A DNA stretch of 64,000 nucleotides from the NCBI GenBank assembly GCA_031177355.1, contig JAPSGR010000002.1:34161-98160 (forward strand), read 5' to 3'. Position numbers and translations under genes: made by a program. This document shows, one piece after another, positions 56,359 to 64,000 of the stretch; the first letter of the stretch is position 1; the number at the start of each line of letters is the position of its first letter. Below the pieces are notes generated by a model, which did not search any database, was not told where the DNA came from, and saw nothing but the letters and a program-made list of their open reading frames with translations. The stretch comes from Candidatus Nitrosocosmicus sp. Lineage in GTDB: Archaea; Thermoproteota; Nitrososphaeria; Nitrososphaerales; Nitrososphaeraceae.

Positions 56359-56943
56359 TTATTTGAATAAATTCATCAACATGTCTAGAGGATTTTCGGA
56401 TCCTGTTGCGTTTGTAGCATTTCCTCCAGTTGATGTAGCATTATTTGCTGCTTGACTTGCACTTTCATCAGCGGTAGTTGCGTTATCTGCTGCTTGACCA
56501 GTTTCACTTGCTGCTTGACCAGTTTCACTTGCTGCTTGACTTGCACTTTCATCAGCGGTAGTTGCGTTATCTGCTGCTTGACCAGTTTCACTTGCTGCTT
56601 GACTTGCACTTTCATCAGCGGTAGTTGCGTTATCTGCTGCTTGACCAGTTTCATTTACGGCACCGCTTAGTCCTTGTGTTGCGTTTCCTGTCGCTTCGCC
56701 AGTTTCATTTGCGGCTCCACTCATGGATTGTGTTGCATTAGTACCAAATTCACTTGCTCCTTGCGTTACATTACCAAGGCCTTCACCCAACTCATTTAAT
56801 GCGCCGCCAAGAGTATCACCAATTTGGTCGCCAGTAGATTGGGCATTTACATATTGTACTATTGAACTTCCACCGTTTGCGGCGAATAATGACAAAATTC
56901 CTGCAAAAACGAATATCCCTGCTGCATATTTACTAAAATACAT
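56359..56943 (-). CDS. Secreted low-complexity Ala/Thr/Ser/Asn-rich repeat protein
   Basis: Signal-like N-terminus; (ETGQAADNATTADESASQAAS)n repeats; 11 N-x-T sequons. Confidence 0.8.
   Translation of the reverse strand: MYFSKYAAGIFVFAGILSLFAANGGSSIVQYVNAQSTGDQIGDTLGGALNELGEGLGNVTQGASEFGTNATQSMSGAANETGEATGNATQGLSGAVNETGQAADNATTADESASQAASETGQAADNATTADESASQAASETGQAASETGQAADNATTADESASQAANNATSTGGNATNATGSENPLDMLMNLFK
56444..56653. repeat. Intragenic tandem repeat: three 63-bp units plus one 21-bp sub-unit
   Basis: Units at 56444-56506, 56528-56590 and 56591-56653 are identical apart from the first base of unit 1; 21-bp partial unit at 56507-56527. Confidence 0.95.
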
Positions 56944-57106
56944 TAGAAAGTAATAGTATAGGGTTGTTTTTAAAATTTACATAGAATAATTTTATAGATA
57001 TTTGCAATAATGTTAAATTATATAATTATTGTCTTTATAAATTTAGTATATTTTTCATCGTTCGATCCAATTATTATAAGATTCAAAGAAATATGTGAGG
57101 GAAAAA

Positions 57107-58150
57107 TTAATGCGGTTTAATTTCTCCTGGAGCAAAGAATTGGATGACTATGCTGAGAATATATAAAGCAAGGAGAAATATTCCAACACGTATTCCAATG
57201 TATTTTCTAAATAAAGGGATTAGTGCAACGACTGTAATTGATGTAGCCAAGACCATTTGAAACCACAATAATTCGCTATTGTGTATAACGGTAAAAAAAC
57301 CTCCATGGTACATAGCAGCAATTATCGCGACACCTAATAGCAGTGAATTATTCAAAATCTTTGAGCCCAGTACATTGGCGATTGCTATTGCGGCACCAGC
57401 AGCTCCCTTTCTCGCTAAAATCATCATGGAAATTTTCTCCGGCATCTCACCAGCAATAGGACTAATTATGACAGCCAATATTATGGTGGAAACTCCTATA
57501 TCTTCTGAGAAAGTTTGCAGTGAGTGAATAAAAGGGCCAGCGCCAATCACTATACCTATTGTACCCGCTATGAAAGCCAAAATTGCCTTGGTCATATCGT
57601 TCCTACTTGTCACCACCTGAGCATGAGTACTCACAGATTTGTTTTCTGCGGTTAAGGTTACTGCAGATTCATTAACCTTCGTTTCTCTTTTCATCTCAAT
57701 ATAAGCTATCATCACATAGGCAACAAACATCCCCACGAAAATGAATCCATCAATAAAATTATACCCATCAAGTAACAGAACAGCACTTATTAACGCTGAA
57801 ACCAATAAGAATATTTTATCGATTTTGAAAGTACTTACATCTATTTTTTTCAGAGGTGCTTTTGATAGCCTGGTAGTTGCTATGAGTAACATAATTGCAA
57901 GTCCAAGGGTCATCATCAAGATATTGCTCCCTAGACCTGCACCTATAGCGACTTCATACAATCCAACTGATGCAGCATACATTACAATTGCAATTTCAGG
58001 TAAAGTCGTTGCTACTGAAAGAAGTGTACGTCCTACAAATTTCGCCCCAAATCTCATAGAAAGGTGTTCTGCACCATAAGATAATACCCAACTAGCAAGG
58101 ATGAGCTCTCCAAGCCAGCCCAACATTAATAAAAAATTCTCAATATTCAA
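57107..58150 (-). CDS. Cation/Ca2+ (CaCA family) antiporter
   Basis: Alpha-1 repeat ATTLPE...G..LGSN and alpha-2 repeat AGEMPE...LGS.ILN; about 10 TM segments. Confidence 0.88.
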   Translation of the reverse strand: MNIENFLLMLGWLGELILASWVLSYGAEHLSMRFGAKFVGRTLLSVATTLPEIAIVMYAASVGLYEVAIGAGLGSNILMMTLGLAIMLLIATTRLSKAPLKKIDVSTFKIDKIFLLVSALISAVLLLDGYNFIDGFIFVGMFVAYVMIAYIEMKRETKVNESAVTLTAENKSVSTHAQVVTSRNDMTKAILAFIAGTIGIVIGAGPFIHSLQTFSEDIGVSTIILAVIISPIAGEMPEKISMMILARKGAAGAAIAIANVLGSKILNNSLLLGVAIIAAMYHGGFFTVIHNSELLWFQMVLATSITVVALIPLFRKYIGIRVGIFLLALYILSIVIQFFAPGEIKPH

Positions 58151-58263
58151 AAATCAAAATGATTTATCTATCAACAGAATATAAATTTTATATTTTTCAA
58201 TTTATCTGTATTCCGTATATGTAAACAAAAATATCTGTTATGCCATTACTATTCACTTAATTC

Positions 58264-58833
58264 ATGTATTTCGTAAGTAAAAATGTTAACAAATATAATG
58301 AAATCAAAGAATTGCTATTGGATAATGGATTAACTCATTTACGTCTAGAACACAAGAAAATAGAGTTGAAAGAAATTCAATCGAATTTTTTAGATGAAGT
58401 CGCCACAGTAAAAGTAAAACAAGCATTTGAATTATTTGGAGAGCAAGTTCTCATAGAAGATGACGGTTTATTTATTGAATCATTGAATGGTTTTCCTGGA
58501 GTGTACTCTTCTTTTGTATATGACACTTTAGGAAACAACGGAATTTTAGACTTGCTCAAGAATAAAACAAATAGAAAGGCAGTTTTCAAATCCGTTATTG
58601 CTTTCTATGAAGGAAAAAATATTAAAACCTTTATTGGTGAAGTTAAAGGATTGATATCAGATAACATCCAAGAAGGTGGATGGGGGTTTGATCCTATTTT
58701 CATTCCGGAGAATGCTGAGAAGTGTTTCGGACAAATGGATTTGAATTCCAAAAATAAATATTCCCATAGAAGATCCGCATTAGTTCAGTTCTATAAATGG
58801 TATATTCAAAACATAAACAAAATTGTTAAGTGA
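58264..58833 (+). CDS. rdgB: Non-canonical purine NTP pyrophosphatase (RdgB/HAM1)
   Basis: N.NKY.E, EIQ, EDDGL....LNGFPGVYS, GWGFDPIF and SHRR motifs. Confidence 0.92.
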   Translation: MYFVSKNVNKYNEIKELLLDNGLTHLRLEHKKIELKEIQSNFLDEVATVKVKQAFELFGEQVLIEDDGLFIESLNGFPGVYSSFVYDTLGNNGILDLLKNKTNRKAVFKSVIAFYEGKNIKTFIGEVKGLISDNIQEGGWGFDPIFIPENAEKCFGQMDLNSKNKYSHRRSALVQFYKWYIQNINKIVK

Positions 58834-58840
58834 TTTGAGT

Positions 58841-59872
58841 TTATTGTGAATATTCTTCAATCCATCGTGAAACCAATCTTTCCTGATTCTGCAAAACTAC
58901 AATTCTTGAAGCAACACTTTCATCCATCACAAAGTAATTTGATAATTTGGAATTTAATTGCTGTGCGAAAGATCTTACTTCTTCCATTTCTAACATATTT
59001 GAATGCTCCAGTCTATTAGTGGACATTCCTATATGCATATAGGACTTTATCTCTATAAAATGGGGTCGTCCAATGTCTATTAATTTAGCAAAGTTTTGAT
59101 GAAACCTTGATTCATTATTAAAATTTCTTATCAAAGTAAAGCGTAAAACTGTCCTTGTCTTTGCTTGAGAGATAAATTTAAGGCTTTGTTGCCAACGCTC
59201 CCATGCGTCTTTGCGCTTTGGGCCATTAATCTTAAAGAACATGTTCTTTGTTGAAGCATTGGTTGACAAATAAATTTGAGTAGGTAATGCGTTTTCGTCA
59301 GCAAGCCGGTACAACATTTCCGGTTCTTGGCCATTCGTAACTAAGAAAATTGATTTGGTGGCTTTTAATCTAAACAAGTATTTTATTAACTCTGGTAATT
59401 TAGGATACATAGTAGGTTCTCCTGAAAGGGAAATGGCATAGTGTTCTGGAAATAAGGATTCATCCAATTTAGACAAATTTATATCCTTTTTTCCATAAAA
59501 ACCAACTATCAATTTTCTTCGTTCTTCAAGTAGGGATTGTACTATTGTTTCGGGATCGTCAACTAGGTGAGAAGGCATTTCCAGTGTATCATAGAACTCT
59601 GTAGGCCTCCAACAGTAAATACATCTATTCTCGCAATTCAGAGCAGCAGGAGTCATTTCCATACACCTGTGAGTAGAAATCCCATAGAACTTGTGCTTAT
59701 AACAGGTCCCTTCATCTGAGAATGATTTTTTAGTCCAATGACAGAGTTCTACAGCAGAATGGTTATAAACACCATATTTTGCCTTGTTTAGTTTCCTTTT
59801 AATAGAAGGGGTTATTTGAATTAGGTTATTTTCAAAATTATTATGTGAATAGACTTCTCCAGAACAGCTCAT
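58841..59872 (-). CDS. taw1: 4-demethylwyosine synthase Taw1/TYW1 (radical SAM)
   Basis: HSAVELCHWTK, CYKHKFYGI..HRCMEMTP, CENRCIYCWRP, AISLSGEPT and FIEIKSYM motifs. Confidence 0.94.
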   Translation of the reverse strand: MSCSGEVYSHNNFENNLIQITPSIKRKLNKAKYGVYNHSAVELCHWTKKSFSDEGTCYKHKFYGISTHRCMEMTPAALNCENRCIYCWRPTEFYDTLEMPSHLVDDPETIVQSLLEERRKLIVGFYGKKDINLSKLDESLFPEHYAISLSGEPTMYPKLPELIKYLFRLKATKSIFLVTNGQEPEMLYRLADENALPTQIYLSTNASTKNMFFKINGPKRKDAWERWQQSLKFISQAKTRTVLRFTLIRNFNNESRFHQNFAKLIDIGRPHFIEIKSYMHIGMSTNRLEHSNMLEMEEVRSFAQQLNSKLSNYFVMDESVASRIVVLQNQERLVSRWIEEYSQ

Positions 59873-59970
59873 CTCTATACTGAATGCTATTGCCGATATA
59901 AGTTTTGTAGGAAAGTAAATTGAAAGGGACTAATCTTGACTAAAGAAGGGGTTAACCTCGTGAATACATA

Positions 59971-59990
59971 AAACAATTATATATAAATAA
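59971..59990 (+). promoter_or_regulatory. BRE/TATA promoter of tRNA-His
   Basis: AAACAA followed by TTATATATA, about 30 bp upstream of the tRNA 5' end. Confidence 0.6.
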
Positions 59991-60015
59991 TTGGTTAAAA
60001 TTTTTAATAATATGT

Positions 60016-60120
60016 GGCCTTCGTAGTATAGCCTGGTTAGTATAGGCGGCTGTGGATCGCGTCTTACATTGTGTCGTGGACGGAAACCGCTTGAGGAGGG
60101 TTCAAATCCCTCCGAAGGCC
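60016..60120 (+). tRNA. tRNA-His(GUG) with encoded G-1 and a 30-nt intron at 37/38 (60056-60085); CCA not encoded
   Basis: Acceptor GCCTTCG/CGAAGGC with G-1:C73; anticodon arm GGCGG-CT-GTG-G|A-CCGCT; T-arm GAGGG-TTCAAAT-CCCTC; complete bulge-helix-bulge motif. Confidence 0.96.
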
Positions 60121-60493
60121 CTCCTAAATTTAGTTGATTTGTTAATGCAAGATAAGCACCTTCTTGGACTGCCTATTTTGACAAAATTCTAATGTAAAGA
60201 TATTTAATAAGATTATATTTCCTTTTCTTCAAGCAAACAGAATGAGATTATTAGTCTGAAAGGAGACAATTTGATCATTTATCATCGTCTTTTTTTGTAT
60301 GTCCAAATAAATATATTCTAACAATTATGCAACAAAAATAGCATTTTATATGTTTTATATATGTCAAGGCTAGTAATCTGTAAAACAGTAAAATTTCCTT
60401 GATATTATATTTGCAAGGGCCCAGATCATATTTATAATCAGCCCGATTTACTAAACATTTACATTTTATCTACAGGATAAGAGAACATTGCAA

Positions 60494-61195
60494 TTAATTC
60501 CTTAGATAATTTTTGAAATTAGTATAAACCTGTTTTGAAAGACTCCTTAATTCCGAAAATTTCTTATCTTTGTCAAGAAGTAACGACTCAGCAGATATTT
60601 TATCGGCAGTAAGTTCTCGCTGATAGCATTTGCTCCAGTTCTTTATCATCTGCTTGTCAACCTCTAGGTGGAATTGTATACCAACGGCACACTTGTATCT
60701 AAACGCTTGAATATATAGGTCAGACGTAGCTAGTACTTCAGTTTCATTTGGTAATGAAAAGGTATCACCATGCCAATGAAATGCAATCATTCTCCTATTA
60801 GGAACGTCTCTGAATATGCTGTTCAATCCGCTATCGGTTATATCTACATTTCCCCATCCAATCTCCTTCCTCAACCCTTTATAAACAAGACCTCCACATG
60901 CAGAGGCAATCAATTGAGAACCCAAACAAATACCCAAAACAGGAACCTCATGCTCGATAGCAGATTGAATCAGTTTTTTTTCTTCAACTAAAAAATCATA
61001 GTTATCGTTAACGGACATAGGGCCACCAAGTATAAAAACAAAGTCATATTGATTTAATTTTTGAGATCTAATGGCGTTTTTATTTGCCAGGATATCGGTG
61101 ATGGTGTATCCGTCATCTAATAAATACTGCCCTAAACTACCTAATGTCTCAATTTCTATATTTCTAATGCAAAGTATTTGGTTCGTATTACCCAA
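60494..61195 (-). CDS. Type 1 glutamine amidotransferase (GuaA-like, stand-alone)
   Basis: LGGPMSV, LGICLGSQL (catalytic Cys), WHGDTF and QFHLE (His-x-Glu) motifs. Confidence 0.9.
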   Translation of the reverse strand: MGNTNQILCIRNIEIETLGSLGQYLLDDGYTITDILANKNAIRSQKLNQYDFVFILGGPMSVNDNYDFLVEEKKLIQSAIEHEVPVLGICLGSQLIASACGGLVYKGLRKEIGWGNVDITDSGLNSIFRDVPNRRMIAFHWHGDTFSLPNETEVLATSDLYIQAFRYKCAVGIQFHLEVDKQMIKNWSKCYQRELTADKISAESLLLDKDKKFSELRSLSKQVYTNFKNYLRN

Positions 61196-61272
61196 TTTGA
61201 CTATCTAGACCATATCACTTTATTTAAAAACATTATATAACCACGTCTCCAAATCCCCCATATCCAGACAAA

Positions 61273-62598
61273 ATGAATTTTAAAGAGATGCTTTTCTTAA
61301 CTTATAGTTCACTCAGAGAGAGGAGAACTCGTAATGCTCTAACCATCTTAATGATTGTAATGGGCTGTGGGTTATTAGTTTCCCTAAATAGCCTCTCACA
61401 AGGTTTAATAAATTTCGTGGATCAGAATTTTAAGAGGATTTTACCTAACCAGATTGTAGTCTCCAATACTGATAAATTACAAGAATCAAGTATCGAAGGT
61501 ATTACAAATAAACTCGAAGTACTTTTTGATCAAAATGTAACTTTTGTTGAAAAGAGTATGCCCCTTAATAATAAGACTATAACATATTTGCAAGGATTAG
61601 ATGGTGTCCAATCCATCAATCCAGCATATCAAGGTGTAGTAATGCTAAACTTTAAAGATCAGTCTCAAGTTACGAACGTGCTTGCAGTTGATTTTGATAA
61701 CATTACAGATATTATAACTACGGTAAGTATAGATTTCGGTGGTGGGAAGGCTACATCTAAAAATAACGTCATTATCCCTCAAAAAATAGGAGAAAAATTA
61801 CTTTTAAATAGCTCTGACCTAGGTCAAGGCCTGGTCAAAGGTAATCTCCTTAAGAGTATATCAAATCACACAAGTATGGTTACGATAAACGGAATAAAGG
61901 ATGTTATAAATTCATCCTCTAAACCAAATGAACAGAACACATTTATTGTTTCTACCCTTTTGAATTCGACAGGCAATCCAATCATAGACAATTCGATTTT
62001 TATTGACATAGATAAAGGAAAAGATATTCTTGAAAAAACAGAAGACTATGATTTGTTGTTCATAACCTATAATGATATAGGTAAAGTCGAAGAGATAGTT
62101 AGTAAGATCCAAAAATATTTTAACAATCAAGTTACTATTTTGAACTCTTTAGAGTTAGTAAAGAGTATAACAAAATTCATTGTCGGTATTTCTACGTTTA
62201 TCTCAAGTATCGCAGTAATTTCCTTAATAGTAGGCTCTATTGGCATCGTTATTACAATATATACTTCGGTAGTTGAAAGAACGAGAGAGATAGGCATTCT
62301 AAAGGCACTTGGCGGCACTAATCGAGTAATAATGGGGATGTTTTTGACAGAATCTATTTTTTTGGGTATAATAGGAGCTTTTTTAGGAATAATTTTTGGT
62401 TTTATTGGAGCATATTTACTTTTAAGTGGATTTTTATACTTTCTTAATTTACCGCTCAGTATATACCCGGTTTTTAACATGATGGAGATTTCGAAAATTG
62501 GGATTGCGGTAATCGTTTTGAGTATATTGTCAGGACTTTATCCAGCCTACAAAGGATCGAAAATTTCTCCAGTAAATGCTTTGTCTAAGTTTTCATAA
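61273..62598 (+). CDS. ABC transporter permease, MacB/FtsX/LolE family
   Basis: R..R..LTILMIVMG TM1, large extracellular domain, SVVERTREIGILKALG and LYPAYKGSKISPV.AL motifs. Confidence 0.9.
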   Translation: MNFKEMLFLTYSSLRERRTRNALTILMIVMGCGLLVSLNSLSQGLINFVDQNFKRILPNQIVVSNTDKLQESSIEGITNKLEVLFDQNVTFVEKSMPLNNKTITYLQGLDGVQSINPAYQGVVMLNFKDQSQVTNVLAVDFDNITDIITTVSIDFGGGKATSKNNVIIPQKIGEKLLLNSSDLGQGLVKGNLLKSISNHTSMVTINGIKDVINSSSKPNEQNTFIVSTLLNSTGNPIIDNSIFIDIDKGKDILEKTEDYDLLFITYNDIGKVEEIVSKIQKYFNNQVTILNSLELVKSITKFIVGISTFISSIAVISLIVGSIGIVITIYTSVVERTREIGILKALGGTNRVIMGMFLTESIFLGIIGAFLGIIFGFIGAYLLLSGFLYFLNLPLSIYPVFNMMEISKIGIAVIVLSILSGLYPAYKGSKISPVNALSKFS

Positions 62599-62699
62599 TC
62601 AAAATCCAAAGTATTATTTATTCGTAAAGCCATATATAACACGATATACTTGCTGAATATTTTTGCAATAATAGTATTGAGCGATGAGATGTTCAATAA

Positions 62700-64000
62700 A
62701 TGAAAAGGTTTCAATTAACTGATAAATTAATTCCTAAAGGAGACCAACCAAATGCAATTATGCAGTTGGTTAAGGGGTTAGAAAATGACAAAAATAGACA
62801 AGTCTTGCTCGGAGTTACTGGTAGTGGCAAGACATTTACTGTTGCTAATGTAATAGCAAGGTATAACAAGAATACGCTCATTATCTCTCACAACAAAACA
62901 CTAGCTGCCCAACTTTATGCTGAATTTAAAGAATTTTTCCCCAGCAATAATGTAGGATACTTTGTTAGCTTTTACGATTACTATCAACCAGAAAGTTACA
63001 TACCCCAAAGTGATACTTATATAGAAAAAGATACCCAAATAAATGACAAAATTGAACAGTTGAGATTAGAGGCTACCTCAATGTTACTTTCAGGGGAACC
63101 AACCATAATCATTTCTACAGTCTCTTGTATTTATTCATTAGGCTCACCGCAGGAATGGAAGGCCCAATCTCTTATGTTGAAGAAGAATATGATAATAGAT
63201 AGACGTTCAATTATCCAAAGTCTCGTAAAAATCAGATACGAAAGAAATGACACCGAATTGAAAAATGGTTCATTTAGAGCTAAAGGTGATGTCATAGAAA
63301 TAATTCCGGGTTATTCCGACGATATTATAAGAATAAACCTGTTTGCACAAACTATTGAAAAAATTACTGTGCTAGACAGTATAACCAAATCGGTTAAAAA
63401 GGAATTAGATTTTGTAACTATATTTCCAGCAAAACATTACATAGTAGACGAAGCCAGTCACAATAAAGCACTTCACTCGATAAGAGCTGAATTAGAAGAG
63501 TGGTTACCACAGTTACCAACAGAGTTGGAACGTCAGAGACTTTTATCAAGGACAACATACGATCTAGAGATGTTATCTGAGCTGGGATATTGCAATGGAA
63601 TTGAAAACTACTCGAGGCATTTTGATGGCCGTAAGCCAAATCAACCTGCGTATTGTCTTTTAGATTTTTTTGAAAAGGATTTCTTGTTGGTAATAGATGA
63701 ATCACATGTGACGCTGCCTCAGGTTATGGGAATGTACAAAGGAGATTATTCAAGAAAAAAAACTTTGGTAGACTATGGTTTTCGATTACCCAGTGCTTTT
63801 GACAACAGACCACTCAAGTTTGAAGAATTTGAAAATTATCTTACCAATGTGATTTATGTTTCTGCCACTCCAGGTAAATATGAACTGAATAACAGTAACA
63901 ATGTTGTCGAACAGCTAGTCCGACCGACGGGACTAGTGGATCCTGAAATTGAGATTAAGAAAACTGCTAATCAGATGCCAGACTTGATCAAACAAATTCA
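62700..64000 (+). CDS. uvrB: Excinuclease ABC subunit UvrB (5' part; runs off the window end)
   Basis: Not in the ORF track. ATG at 62700 gives MKRFQL...PKGDQP.AI..L..G....QVLLGVTGSGKTFTVAN, HNKTLAAQL, FVSFYDYYQPESY, GIENYSRH, DESH and RLPSAFDNRPL. Confidence 0.97.
   Translation, partial: MKRFQLTDKLIPKGDQPNAIMQLVKGLENDKNRQVLLGVTGSGKTFTVANVIARYNKNTLIISHNKTLAAQLYAEFKEFFPSNNVGYFVSFYDYYQPESYIPQSDTYIEKDTQINDKIEQLRLEATSMLLSGEPTIIISTVSCIYSLGSPQEWKAQSLMLKKNMIIDRRSIIQSLVKIRYERNDTELKNGSFRAKGDVIEIIPGYSDDIIRINLFAQTIEKITVLDSITKSVKKELDFVTIFPAKHYIVDEASHNKALHSIRAELEEWLPQLPTELERQRLLSRTTYDLEMLSELGYCNGIENYSRHFDGRKPNQPAYCLLDFFEKDFLLVIDESHVTLPQVMGMYKGDYSRKKTLVDYGFRLPSAFDNRPLKFEEFENYLTNVIYVSATPGKYELNNSNNVVEQLVRPTGLVDPEIEIKKTANQMPDLIKQI

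Noticed and set aside
56385-56670. Alternative-frame ORFs over the repeat protein, including the Cys-rich plus-strand ORF 56452-56670 (TCCLTSF repeats)
   Set aside because: These are shadows of the 63-bp tandem repeat. Antisense GCA/ACA codons read as Cys/Thr, and only the 56359-56943 frame has a signal peptide and coherent composition.
60121-60493. Possible integrated element at the tRNA-His 3' end
   Set aside because: No integrase is present, I saw no direct repeat of the tRNA 3' end in the window, and the flanking genes are housekeeping-like.
1124-63705. Many short antisense or nested ORFs in the track (e.g. 1124-1450, 2601-2837, 9175-9534, 10658-11038, 14373-14732, 48204-48665, 57741-58079, 63418-63705)
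   Set aside because: They lie opposite or within well-supported conserved genes and have no recognisable motifs; treated as shadow ORFs.
1-64000. CRISPR arrays, IS elements, rRNA genes
   Set aside because: No regularly spaced 25-40-bp repeats with unique spacers, no transposase motifs or terminal inverted repeats, and no long GC-rich rRNA-like segment were seen.

Overview
AT-rich (about one-third GC by eye) archaeal chromosome segment, almost certainly from an ammonia-oxidizing thaumarchaeote (Nitrososphaeraceae, Nitrosocosmicus-like). The assignment rests on the unsplit RNA polymerase A subunit, the acetyl/propionyl-CoA carboxylase trio of the 3HP/4HB cycle, the intron-containing tRNA-His and the thaumarchaeal-type surface proteins. 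It is mostly core genome: primase priL/priS, cbf5-cmk-adk-secY-ribosomal proteins, rpoH-B-A-rpl30e-nusA-rps12-rps7, RFC-L, RPA, Lhr, aCPSF1-like nuclease, RNase P proteins, G1PDH, Taw1 and a partial uvrB. I saw no mobile elements or CRISPR arrays. The most interesting items are: (1) a divergent nickel-pincer (NPN) cofactor locus, larB<-mdh | larC-larE-iscS, with no larA racemase in the window; (2) a 'hypothetical' protein behind rps7 carrying the ordered but degenerate motifs of a trans-isoprenyl diphosphate synthase fold; (3) an unannotated box C/D guide sRNA; (4) a 52-aa Cys/His-rich small ORF missed by the ORF track; (5) a DUF59 (Fe-S delivery)-PqqD/RRE fusion; (6) an orphan EgtB-type sulfoxide synthase; (7) an aCPSF1-like nuclease lacking the KH GxxG loop; and (8) a secreted tandem-repeat protein dense in N-glycosylation sequons. 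All family assignments come from motif recognition only; no database searches were run.
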